61,460 nucleotides of DNA from Acidimicrobiia bacterium (GTDB taxonomy: Bacteria > Actinomycetota > Acidimicrobiia > Spongiisociales > JAENVV01), in assembly GCA_041577335.1 (NCBI GenBank), contig JBFGJH010000014.1, positions 1 to 61,460 of the forward strand, read 5' to 3'. The notes below the pieces were generated by a model, which was not told where the DNA came from, did not search any database, and worked only from the letters and a program-made list of their open reading frames with translations. Shown piece by piece: positions 40,408-49,188 of this stretch. Within the stretch, counting starts at the first letter, position 1; the number at the start of each line of letters is the position of its first letter. The position numbers and the translations under genes were made by a program.

Positions 40408-41649
40408 TCAACGGATCGGATCGACTCGCAACACTCGTCCATCGCCCACCCCGATGAGCAACTCACCGGATGGGGCGGCGCCCACCGCGAGGACATTCCC
40501 GACGGGACCGCCGATCTGCTGTGTCCAGTCGATGTGGTCGGTGGCAGCGCCGTCGACGAACGTCACCGACCGCAGGTAGCCGCCGCAATAGTCCGAATAG
40601 AAGTAACGGCCCTGCCATTCGGGTATCGCCTCACCCCGGTAGACGAAACCGCCGGTGATCGAGCAGCTACCCGCGTCGCCATGAGGTATCTCCACCACCG
40701 GGATCACCAGACCCTCGTCGTCGCACCCGAGCGATGTGTCGAAGCAGTGCAGCCCTTCGAACCGCGGCCAACCCAGGTTGGGGCCCGGCTCGTTCAGGGG
40801 AACGAGCGAGATCTCTTCGTAGGCGTTCTGACCGACGTCAGGCACGATCATGACCCCCTCGTCGATCGAAAGCCGCCACGGGTTGCGAAGCCCGGTCGCC
40901 CAAATCTCCGGCGCTCCCCCGCCGCCGGCGAACGGGTTGGCAGCAGGAATCAGGTTTGGCTGGGCGAGGTCGAACCTCAGGATCGCGCCGAGCGGCGTAT
41001 CGGTGTTCTGGCCGTTGCGGTACCGGTCGTTGGCTCCCCCGCCATCGCCGAGGCCGACGTAGAGCAGGCCGCCCTCGTCGAACAACATCGACCCGCCATT
41101 GTGGTTGCCGGCGGGTTGAGCGGCACGGAACAAGGTCTCGCTTTGGGCAGGCGTCCCGTCCTCGTCGAGGAATTCTTCGATGACCGTCGCCCCGCTGCGG
41201 TCGGTGTAGCTGACATAGAGGCGGCCCGACGATTCAAAGTCGGGAGCGAAGGCAAGCCCCAACAGCCCCTGTTCGAACCCGTCGGAGACCTCGCCTCGCA
41301 GATCGAGGTACTCGGAAGTTGCCCCGCCGGCGTCGATTGCGTAAATCAATCCTGTCTTGTCGATCACGAACAACGTATCGCTGCCCGGCGCCGCGGCGAA
41401 CCCGACCGGGACCGATACGTCGGCAATCTCCGTCAGCTCGAACCCGGTGAGAGGTGGCAGCGTGGTGCTCGGCAGAGGGACCGTGGTCGACGCCACGGTG
41501 GTTTCGGCAGTGCTGGGAGTCGCAACCGTTGACGGCGTCGACTCGGCCGGAGCCAGGGTGGCGGGCGCCGCCGTCGGCGTAACGCTTGACTCAGCGCCAC
41601 CTCCACAGGCGGCGACGACGAGGCACAGGGCGAGAAGGAAGCGTTGCAC
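40408..41649 (-). CDS. PQQ-dependent sugar dehydrogenase (glucose/sorbosone dehydrogenase family) lipoprotein
   Basis: Lipobox VAAC, EQGLLGLAF, NHNGG, GLGDGG, GLRNPWR, DVGQ, GWP. Confidence 0.94.
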   Translation of the reverse strand: MQRFLLALCLVVAACGGGAESSVTPTAAPATLAPAESTPSTVATPSTAETTVASTTVPLPSTTLPPLTGFELTEIADVSVPVGFAAAPGSDTLFVIDKTGLIYAIDAGGATSEYLDLRGEVSDGFEQGLLGLAFAPDFESSGRLYVSYTDRSGATVIEEFLDEDGTPAQSETLFRAAQPAGNHNGGSMLFDEGGLLYVGLGDGGGANDRYRNGQNTDTPLGAILRFDLAQPNLIPAANPFAGGGGAPEIWATGLRNPWRLSIDEGVMIVPDVGQNAYEEISLVPLNEPGPNLGWPRFEGLHCFDTSLGCDDEGLVIPVVEIPHGDAGSCSITGGFVYRGEAIPEWQGRYFYSDYCGGYLRSVTFVDGAATDHIDWTQQIGGPVGNVLAVGAAPSGELLIGVGDGRVLRVDPIR

Positions 41650-41756
41650 GCCAAAAAGCTACTTGGGTGCGTCGGCAATGAGACATGCGGCCCGTGGTCG
41701 GGGCGGCGTCGTGGTAGAAGAAATCCGCTGAGGATTGCCGTCGTGGGTGGGTTGCC

Positions 41757-41983
41757 CATTCGTCGCCGAGGCTTCGCCTCGTCTCCTCCTGCCCCAGATG
41801 GAACCGGCTCGCTCCGCTCGCTGGAGGAGGAAACGGGAGTCGGTGCCATGAGCGGAGCCTGTCGTGGTGGGACCTCGGCCCGTCGTCGCCACAGGCGGCT
41901 CCTCCGCCCCCTCCGCTTCCGCCTAACGGCGGAACCACCTCCCCAACGCTCGCTCCGCTCGCTGGAGGAGGAAACGGGAGGGC
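41757..41983. repeat. Two REP-like palindromic elements sharing an identical 33-bp core
   Basis: GCTCGCTCCGCTCGCTGGAGGAGGAAACGGGAG at 41807-41839 and 41948-41980. Each copy is preceded by a short hairpin and a complementary pyrimidine tract. Confidence 0.8.
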
Positions 41984-42041
41984 TCCGCCGAAACCCGCTT
42001 CACGCCGCACACAAACCGGGGAGGCGCCTACCATGCCGGGC

Positions 42042-42623
42042 ATGATCACCCATGGGCCTCCCCCGGTGGCTTCGCTCGAGCGGTTTCTCGTCTCGCAGAT
42101 CGGCTCCGACTTCTCATACCCGCGGCCGGGCTGTTCGCTGGGTGGGGTTCCGGCACCTGTCGGCTATCGCCATGACCGGGCGCAGGGGCTCATCGGGCAT
42201 GGGGAGATGGCTTTCCGTCGAGCCAAGCAAGCCATCCAGAACTGGACGATGTTCGACCAGCCCGGCGTGCTCGTGTACCCACCCGAATCACCGGTCGTGC
42301 CGGGATGCCACGTGGTGGTCGCCGGCTCGTTCGGCCCTCTTTGGGTGACGGGTGCTTGTCGGATCGTTGAGGTGATCGACGAGGACAACCGTTACGGTTT
42401 TGCCTACGGGACGCTCGACCACGTCGCCCTGGGTGAAGAGATCTTCCTCCTCACCCGCCGCCCCGACGGCTCGGTCTGGTTCACCATCGACGCATACTCC
42501 CGCCCTCAGAACTGGTTCGTTCAGGCGGTGACCCCGCTGTTTCGCACGATCCAGACTCGGTTCCGCCAGCAGGCAGTCGCCGCGATCGCCCTCGCCAGCC
42601 GCGAATCCAGCACCGTTAGTTGA
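42042..42623 (+). CDS. DUF1990 family protein
   Basis: FSYP, GYRHD, CRIVEVIDE, GFAYGTL-DHVALGEEIF, AYSRP. Start 42042 follows TACCAT by 7 nt. Confidence 0.88.
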   Translation: MITHGPPPVASLERFLVSQIGSDFSYPRPGCSLGGVPAPVGYRHDRAQGLIGHGEMAFRRAKQAIQNWTMFDQPGVLVYPPESPVVPGCHVVVAGSFGPLWVTGACRIVEVIDEDNRYGFAYGTLDHVALGEEIFLLTRRPDGSVWFTIDAYSRPQNWFVQAVTPLFRTIQTRFRQQAVAAIALASRESSTVS

Positions 42624-42676
42624 ATCCTGCCTCCCGAAGCCCGTAGCCTGCGGCGACGAGCGGAGGGACACACCGA

Positions 42677-44023
42677 GTGACAACGGCAGTCGTCAAGAAC
42701 GACAAGCGAACGATCTTCGGCTGGGCCATGTACGACTGGGCCAACTCCGCCTATGCCACCACTGCCGGCGCGATCATCGCCCCATTCTTCACCGGCGTCA
42801 TCGTGCCGGACGACGGCTGGGCGGGAATGTCGGGCGAGACGATCTGGTCGTTCCTCGTGTCGATCGGAGCGTTCGTGCTCTTTTTGGCCATGCCGGTCCT
42901 GGGCGCCGTTGCCGACTTCTCAGCCGCCAAGAGGCGTTTCCTCCGGGTGTTCGCCTTCACGGGCGCCATCTTCACGATGGCCATCTTCTTCGTCCCGGAC
43001 GGAGCCGTGCCGATGTTCCTGGTGATCTTCTTGATCAGCCAGGTTGGCTTCGTGGCTGCCAACGTGTTTTACGACGGCTTTCTGCCTTCGATTGCGACCG
43101 ACGAAACCATCGACAAGGTCTCATCAAAAGGCTTCGCCACGGGTTACATCGGCGGTGGAATCTATGTGGCGCTGGCATTTGTGCTGATCGTCCTGGCCGA
43201 CAACGGCGTCGTCGGCCTCGCAACCGAGACAGCCACCCGTATCGGCATCTTCGGCGCGGGCGTGTGGTGGATTCTGTTCACGCTCTACGCGCTCAGACGC
43301 CTACCCGAGATCGGTGAGGCCGAGGAGATACCGCCTGGTTTCGAGGCCCAGCCCAGGTTCCTTGCTTACAGTCGCATCGGCTTGGCTCGAACCGTGGCAA
43401 CAGCCAAGAAGCTGCGCCGTTTCCCGCAGATCTTGTTGTTCGTCATCGCCTTCATGTTCTACAACGACGGAACCCAGACGACCATCAACATCTCCGGCGC
43501 ATACGCCGAGGACACACTTGGCCTCGAGATCACCGAGGTGATCACGGCGTTCTTGATCGTGCAGTTCATCGCCTTCGGCGGGGCCTACCTGTTCGGCCTC
43601 ATCTCGGGTCGCATTGGCCCGAAGCGGGCCATCCTCGCCAACCTCGTCGTATGGGTCGGCATTGCGGTGGCGGCGTTTTTCCTGCCCGAGGGCGAGGCGC
43701 TGCCCTTCTACGTGTTGGCAGCTTTCGTAGGGTTCGTGCTGGGCGGCGTACAAGCCCTGAGCCGAAGCCTGTACGGGACGATGATCCCTGAGGAGGCCTC
43801 GGCGGAGTTCTATGGGTTCTTCTCGGTCTTTGCCAAATTCTCGGCTATCTGGGGCCCGCTGCTGTTCGGGCTGGTGAGCTCAGCAACCGGGTCGGGCCGG
43901 CCGGCGATCCTCTCGATTGTTGCGTTCTTCATCATCGGCGCACTCCTGCTGTCTCGTGTGAACGTGGAAGAAGCGCGGGCGTCACGCGACGAATGGCATT
44001 TCGAAGGCGCCGAGGTGTCCTAA
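42677..44023 (+). CDS. MFS transporter, UMF1/ATG22 family
   Basis: GWAMYDWANSAY, NVFYDGFLP, FYNDG, QALSRSLYG, EFYGFF; about 12 TM segments; SD GGAGG. Confidence 0.94.
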   Translation: MTTAVVKNDKRTIFGWAMYDWANSAYATTAGAIIAPFFTGVIVPDDGWAGMSGETIWSFLVSIGAFVLFLAMPVLGAVADFSAAKRRFLRVFAFTGAIFTMAIFFVPDGAVPMFLVIFLISQVGFVAANVFYDGFLPSIATDETIDKVSSKGFATGYIGGGIYVALAFVLIVLADNGVVGLATETATRIGIFGAGVWWILFTLYALRRLPEIGEAEEIPPGFEAQPRFLAYSRIGLARTVATAKKLRRFPQILLFVIAFMFYNDGTQTTINISGAYAEDTLGLEITEVITAFLIVQFIAFGGAYLFGLISGRIGPKRAILANLVVWVGIAVAAFFLPEGEALPFYVLAAFVGFVLGGVQALSRSLYGTMIPEEASAEFYGFFSVFAKFSAIWGPLLFGLVSSATGSGRPAILSIVAFFIIGALLLSRVNVEEARASRDEWHFEGAEVS

Positions 44024-44032
44024 CCTTCCCTC

Positions 44033-44476
44033 ATGGACGAAATCCTCGAACCGGGCATGGACGACGAGCGCGCCGGCGAGCTCGAGCTTGCTGAGCCGGT
44101 TGACGCGGAGCTGGTGCCGCTCGAAGAATCAGACGAAGAGACGATCGGCCAAGAGCCCGCCAAACGGCAGGTGCCCGCCTACAAGGGAACAGGAATGCGC
44201 TGGTCGTACCTGTTCGGGGCGGTACTCACGGTTGCCATCATCATCCTCGCCGGCCAGAACACCGAGTCTGTTGAGTTCGAGTTCATAACCTGGAACATCA
44301 CGGCGCCATTGGCAGCCGTCATTCTCGCGACGGCGTTCATTGCCGTCGTCATCGACGAGCTCATCGGCGTCATCTGGCGTTTCCGGCGGAGGCGCCAGCT
44401 GCGAGAGAAAGCCGAGCTCGAGCAGCTCCGCGCCCAGACCGGCCAGACCAAACGGCGTTTCGGCCGGAAGCCCTGA
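44033..44476 (+). CDS. LapA/DUF1049 family membrane protein
   Basis: IILAGQNTESVEFEFITW...PLAAVIL two-TM pattern with basic tail. Confidence 0.8.
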   Translation: MDEILEPGMDDERAGELELAEPVDAELVPLEESDEETIGQEPAKRQVPAYKGTGMRWSYLFGAVLTVAIIILAGQNTESVEFEFITWNITAPLAAVILATAFIAVVIDELIGVIWRFRRRRQLREKAELEQLRAQTGQTKRRFGRKP

Positions 44477-44479
44477 TCG

Positions 44480-45826
44480 ATGCCAGAGCGCCTGATCGTG
44501 GTGGGCGGCGATGCCGCCGGCATGTCCGCCGCCAGCCAGGCGAGACGGCGCCGTGACGCCGGCGACCTCGAGATCATCGTGTTCGAACAATCCGACTGGG
44601 TCAGCTACTCGGCCTGCGGTGAGCCGTATTACCTGAGCGGAGCAGTCCCCGAGCTCCGCCAGCTGGTCGCCAGAACGCCAGAGCAGTTCTGGGCACAAAG
44701 CATCGATGCCCGGCTGCGGCACCGGGTGACCTCCATCGACACCAACACCAGGACCGTCGAGGTCGAGCATCCCGAAGGCACTGCCTCGTTTGGCTACGAC
44801 CAACTCGTCTACGCCACCGGCGCCGCCCCCATAACGCCTGAGGTGGAGGGCGTCGACGCCGACGGGGTGTATGCGCTGAAGACCTTGGACGACGCCGAGA
44901 CCATCAAGAAAGCCATGACCGGCGCCAGACATGGTGTCGTGATCGGCGGTGGATACATCGGTCTGGAGGTAGCGGAGGCGTTCCGCGTGCAGGGCCTCGA
45001 AACAACCTTGATCACAGCGGGCGGCGGGGTGATGAACCGCACGCTCGACCCCGACATGGCAGATCTCGCGACTGAACAAATCAGGCGAACCGGATTGCGG
45101 GTCATCACCGACTCACGAATTCGGGACATCGCCACCGAGGACGGTCGGGCGACGGGCGTCGATTGCGACACCTTCTTCCCCGGCGAAGTGATCGTCCTCG
45201 GTCTGGGGACGAAGCCCGAGGTGGCTCTGGCCGAAGCCGCCGGCATCCCGCTCGGCCAAACTGGTGCCGTGGCGGTCGACGAACGCCAGCGGACCGCCAT
45301 CCCCGGAGTGTGGGCAGCGGGCGATTGCGCCGAAGCGTTCCATCGCGTGAGCGGTCGCCCGGCCAATGTCCATCTCGGAACGGTCGCCAACAAGCAGGGC
45401 CGCGTGGCCGGGATCAACCTGGGCGGCGACGATGCCACCTTCCCGGGCATCTTGGGGACGGCGATCACCAAGTTCATGGACGTTGAGATCGCCCGCACCG
45501 GGCTGACCGAAGCAGAGGCTGCTGCCGCCGGCCTCTCCGTAGCCGCAGCCACGACCAGTTCGACCACGACCGCCGGGTATTGGCCAACCGCCGCCAAGCT
45601 GTGGCTCAAGGTGGTTGCCGAGCGAGGAACCGGACGGCTCCTCGGCGCCCAGATCGTCGGCGGACCCGGCGCCGGAAAGCGGATCGACGTGCTCGCCACC
45701 GGAATCTGGAACGAGATGGACGGACACTCGTTCTCGATGATGGACCTCAGCTACGCACCTCCTTTCTCGGGAGTATGGGATCCCGCGCTCATCGCCGCCC
45801 GGAAAGCCGCCGACGCCGCCACGTGA
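44480..45826 (+). CDS. FAD-dependent pyridine nucleotide-disulfide oxidoreductase (CoA-disulfide reductase/NADH oxidase family)
   Basis: GGDAAGMSAA, SYSACG single redox Cys, GGGYIGLE, WAAGDC, ANKQGR, DLSYAPPF. Confidence 0.95.
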   Translation: MPERLIVVGGDAAGMSAASQARRRRDAGDLEIIVFEQSDWVSYSACGEPYYLSGAVPELRQLVARTPEQFWAQSIDARLRHRVTSIDTNTRTVEVEHPEGTASFGYDQLVYATGAAPITPEVEGVDADGVYALKTLDDAETIKKAMTGARHGVVIGGGYIGLEVAEAFRVQGLETTLITAGGGVMNRTLDPDMADLATEQIRRTGLRVITDSRIRDIATEDGRATGVDCDTFFPGEVIVLGLGTKPEVALAEAAGIPLGQTGAVAVDERQRTAIPGVWAAGDCAEAFHRVSGRPANVHLGTVANKQGRVAGINLGGDDATFPGILGTAITKFMDVEIARTGLTEAEAAAAGLSVAAATTSSTTTAGYWPTAAKLWLKVVAERGTGRLLGAQIVGGPGAGKRIDVLATGIWNEMDGHSFSMMDLSYAPPFSGVWDPALIAARKAADAAT

Positions 45827-46692
45827 GGATCACCGCCCTGATCTTGGGTCTGTCCGTCGCGCTGACGTCGTGCGGCAACTCAGGTGCCGTTGACTCGGCT
45901 CCGCCGTCGTCGGCGGGCGGCAGCGTCGCCGCTACCGCCGACCCTGCTCCCCCCAATCCACCGCAGCCGGCATTCGTGGACTTCGTCCAAGATGGGGATT
46001 CGGCCACCGTTGTCATCAATGGCGACGAGCAGCGACTCCGACTCATCGGCATCAACACGCCCGAAAGGGACGAGTGCTACGGCGATGAGGCTCGACAACT
46101 GTTCAAAGAGCTGGCGGAGGGTCGAGATGTCCAGGTCGTCACCGATGTCGAGCCCATGGACCAGTACGGCCGAACTCTGGCCTACCTGTACCTCGACGGC
46201 ATCCTCATCAACGCCGAGCTCGTCCGTCAAGGAGCCGCCATTGCCAGGCCGTTCGAGCCCAACACGACGCTGCAGGACCACCTCGAAGAGGCCGAAGAGC
46301 AGGCGCAACGCAGCCAACTCGGCATGTGGGCACCCGCCGCGTGTGGCGGCGACGAGAATTCGCCGATCGTGATCGCAGCGATCAACGCCGACGCCCCTGG
46401 CCGTGACGACGAAAACCTCAACGGCGAATTCATCGTCGTCGAGAACACTTCCCGGGAGACGATGGACCTGTCGGGTTGGGGAGTGAAAGATGAGTCGTCG
46501 GTTCACCGGTACACGTTCCCCGATGGAGTCACGCTGGCGCCTGACACGAGCCTCACACTGTTCACCGGCTGCGGCAACGACGGAACGACCGATCTGTACT
46601 GGTGCAACGACAGCCCGGTGTGGGACAACTCGGGCGACACCGCCTTCATCTCCGACGGAACCGGCCAGGTGCGCCACCGCCTCAGCTATTGA
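45823..46692 (+). CDS. Thermonuclease (SNase) + lamin-tail-domain lipoprotein
   Basis: Lipobox LTSC; DGDS, RLIGINTPE, DQYGRTLAY; LTD motifs EFIVVEN..DLSGW, WDNSGD. GTGA overlap with the upstream stop. Confidence 0.92.
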   Translation: MRITALILGLSVALTSCGNSGAVDSAPPSSAGGSVAATADPAPPNPPQPAFVDFVQDGDSATVVINGDEQRLRLIGINTPERDECYGDEARQLFKELAEGRDVQVVTDVEPMDQYGRTLAYLYLDGILINAELVRQGAAIARPFEPNTTLQDHLEEAEEQAQRSQLGMWAPAACGGDENSPIVIAAINADAPGRDDENLNGEFIVVENTSRETMDLSGWGVKDESSVHRYTFPDGVTLAPDTSLTLFTGCGNDGTTDLYWCNDSPVWDNSGDTAFISDGTGQVRHRLSY

Positions 46693-46752
46693 GGTTGGCC
46701 CCACCTCGGCCAGACCCGCGTCCTCACACGCTTGCACTGATATCGTGGCGTC

Positions 46753-47220
46753 ATGGATGACATTGCATACCGCTCCGAGGTGACCATCGTGCGCGACCGA
46801 GGACCAATGCGACGAGCGTGGGTGCCCGGCCAAACAGAGCCGATCACGTTCGGAGTGCACGGCGCCGTTGCCGAGCACTACGGCGTAGACCCCGACGCCT
46901 ATCCGGCCGACACCACCACCATCGACTACGTGATTGCGGCGGCGGGTGGCTGACTGACTGGCACCTTTGGAGGCGCGCTGGAGGCGCGCGGCATCAACGC
47001 ATCAGGAGGAAGCCTCACCGGCAAAGTCGTCGGCGAGGTCGGGACGGACGGCAAGGTCCTGATCATCGAGAAGATCCACGTCACGTATGAGCTGACGGGT
47101 GTGGCCGATGAAGACCGAGACACCGTCGAGCGAGTTCACGGCTTCCACGCCGACCGCTGCCCGGTAGCTCGCAGCATTGGAGGAAGCATCGAGATCACGA
47201 CCGAGGTGTCGTACTTCTGA
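46753..47220 (+). CDS. OsmC-family protein, probable selenoprotein (UGA at codon 67 = Sec), 155 aa
   Basis: ...TTIDYVIAAAGG-[TGA 46951]-LTGTFGGALEARGI...HADRCPVARSI...SYF*. Frame stays open 88 codons past the TGA and its stop overlaps the next ATG. The TGA occupies the first catalytic Cys site of OsmC/Ohr proteins; the second Cys (CPV) is present. Confidence 0.88.
46973..46989 (+). promoter_or_regulatory. Candidate bacterial SECIS hairpin
   Basis: GCGCGC-TGGAG-GCGCGC stem-loop; loop starts 25 nt after the UGA and has G at its second position, consistent with the general bacterial SECIS model. Confidence 0.7.
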
Positions 47221-47912
47221 TGCGCTCGCCTGCCCTCGAAGTCATCTTTCAAGCGGCTCGGGATGAGTGGTCCGAGCCCCGCGCTACTGCGATCGAGACG
47301 TGCCATGCGCTGCTGGCCCTCACCCAAACCGACTGGGCGTTGGAAGGATCCGAGGCGGTGAAGCTCCTGCGCCAGAAGCGACGCGACTCGGCCCTTCTTC
47401 TGGCGGTTTCCGAGGCGGCAATGTGGGAGGATCCCGTTCGAGCCGCATCCAGCCTGCACTCCGTGCTCGCCGATCTCGAGGATATCGGGTGGGCCACCAC
47501 CATTGCGACGGCCCTGCTCAACGCCGGCGGCACCGTCCACGTGCTGTCGATGGGCGAGTCAACCACCCTGGTCCTCGATGAGCTCTCGCGACTCTCCGAT
47601 TCGCTGCCGCTGGTCCACGCCCATCAGGCTGCGGTGGCTCGCGGACTCGGAAACCTCGACGTCGCAGTTGCAGTCGCAGAGCCCGGCAGGGCTGAATCTC
47701 TCCTGTTGCCGGTGGCGGCTGTCCACAACGATCGCATCTGGACAACGCCGCGCTTCATCGAAGTCGCAGCGCGATTTCCTCGCTCAGCGATACCCGTCCA
47801 TCACCCGCTGGCGGCGATGTCTCCTCTGAGTCGGGAACAGTTCCGGCCACCGTCGACGATCGTCGGCACGAGGATCAGCAGGGATTCGTCGGGCCCGCCC
47901 TCTGGGCACTAG
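47220..47912 (+). CDS. Hypothetical protein, degenerate eIF-2B alpha/beta/delta-like fold
   Basis: Colinear similarity by eye to 51236-52123 (see findings). TGATG coupling to the OsmC-like gene. Confidence 0.6.
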   Translation: MRSPALEVIFQAARDEWSEPRATAIETCHALLALTQTDWALEGSEAVKLLRQKRRDSALLLAVSEAAMWEDPVRAASSLHSVLADLEDIGWATTIATALLNAGGTVHVLSMGESTTLVLDELSRLSDSLPLVHAHQAAVARGLGNLDVAVAVAEPGRAESLLLPVAAVHNDRIWTTPRFIEVAARFPRSAIPVHHPLAAMSPLSREQFRPPSTIVGTRISRDSSGPPSGH

Positions 47913-47945
47913 CTACGATTCGCGTTCCACGACCAAGGAAGACCG

Positions 47946-49139
47946 TTGAACCGAGTGTCCAACCGGCTGGCCGCCATTCAGCCATCAGCCACCCTCGCCA
48001 TCACGGCCAAGGCCAAGCAGCTCCGCGCCGAGGGCGCCCCGGTGATCGGCTTTGGGGCGGGAGAGCCCAACTTCGCCACCCCACAGCACATCGTCGAGGC
48101 CGCGGTCGCGGCCGCCCAAGACCCGGTCAATCACAAATACTCGCCGGCTGCAGGCCTCCCCGAGCTCAGGGAAGCCATCGCAGCCAAGACCCTCAGAGAC
48201 GGCGGCGTCGCTGTGTCTCCTTCCCAGATACAGGTCACCAACGGAGGCAAGATGGCGGTGTTCGAGGCGTTTGCAGCGCTTCTCGACCCCGGCGACGAGG
48301 TCCTGCTTCCCTCCCCATACTGGGTCACCTACCCCGAAGCCATCCGGCTGGCCGGCGGCGTGCCCGTGGTCGTGCCAACCGACATGTCCAGCGGGTTCAA
48401 GACCACACCCGGCCAGCTCGACCAATACGTCACAGAACGCACGAAAGTCTTCCTCTTCGTGTCACCCTCCAACCCGACGGGCGCCGTCTACACACAGGCC
48501 GAGACCGAGGCGCTCGGTGCATGGGCGGGTGAGAAGGGCTTGTGGGCCCTCACCGACGAGATCTATGAGCACTTGGTGTACGGGAGTCACTCGTTCACGT
48601 CATTGCCTCGAGTGTCTCCGGCGCTGGAGGACCGCTGGATCATCGTGAACGGGGTCGCCAAGACTTATGCCATGACCGGCTGGAGGGTGGGCTGGCTCAT
48701 CGGCCCACAGGACGTGGTGAAAGCCGCGACGAATTTCCAGTCGCATGCAACCTCCAACGTCGACAACATCGCCCAACGGGCTGCCCTGGCGGCGGTGTCC
48801 GGGTCACTGGATGACGTCGTGACGATGCGGGAAGCGTTCGATCGCCGCCGCCAGACGATGGTTGCGATGTTGAACGAGATCAACGGCGTGGAGTGCGCTG
48901 AGCCAAACGGCGCCTTCTACGCCTTCCCCTCCTTTGCGGGCACCTTGGGGAGGCCAATCGGCTCCACGACGCCGACGACCACACTCGAGGCGGCCGCGGC
49001 CATCCTCGACGAGATAAATGTCGCCCTGGTGCCCGGGGAAGCCTTCGGCGCACCCGGCTACATGCGGCTCTCGTACGCTCTCGGCGACGACGATCTCGCC
49101 GAGGGAGTCGCGCGTCTCGCCACATTGTTGGCTGGCTGA
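47946..49139 (+). CDS. PLP-dependent aminotransferase class I/II (aspartate aminotransferase-like)
   Basis: [60 protein letters not shown] start. Confidence 0.96.
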   Translation: MNRVSNRLAAIQPSATLAITAKAKQLRAEGAPVIGFGAGEPNFATPQHIVEAAVAAAQDPVNHKYSPAAGLPELREAIAAKTLRDGGVAVSPSQIQVTNGGKMAVFEAFAALLDPGDEVLLPSPYWVTYPEAIRLAGGVPVVVPTDMSSGFKTTPGQLDQYVTERTKVFLFVSPSNPTGAVYTQAETEALGAWAGEKGLWALTDEIYEHLVYGSHSFTSLPRVSPALEDRWIIVNGVAKTYAMTGWRVGWLIGPQDVVKAATNFQSHATSNVDNIAQRAALAAVSGSLDDVVTMREAFDRRRQTMVAMLNEINGVECAEPNGAFYAFPSFAGTLGRPIGSTTPTTTLEAAAAILDEINVALVPGEAFGAPGYMRLSYALGDDDLAEGVARLATLLAG

Positions 49140-49188
49140 ACCTCGCCGAGAGGCCGGTACAATGCCCGCCGAGAGGGGCAGAGCGCGA

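Noticed and set aside
41807..41980. Two identical 33-bp repeats as a minimal CRISPR array
   Set aside because: Only two copies, the 108-bp spacer is itself palindromic and unit-like, and no cas genes are adjacent; better explained as REP-like elements.
46753..46953. 66-aa small protein or nonsense pseudogene
   Set aside because: The stop falls on the catalytic Cys column, is followed by a SECIS-like hairpin and an intact downstream frame; Sec recoding is the better explanation, though unproven.
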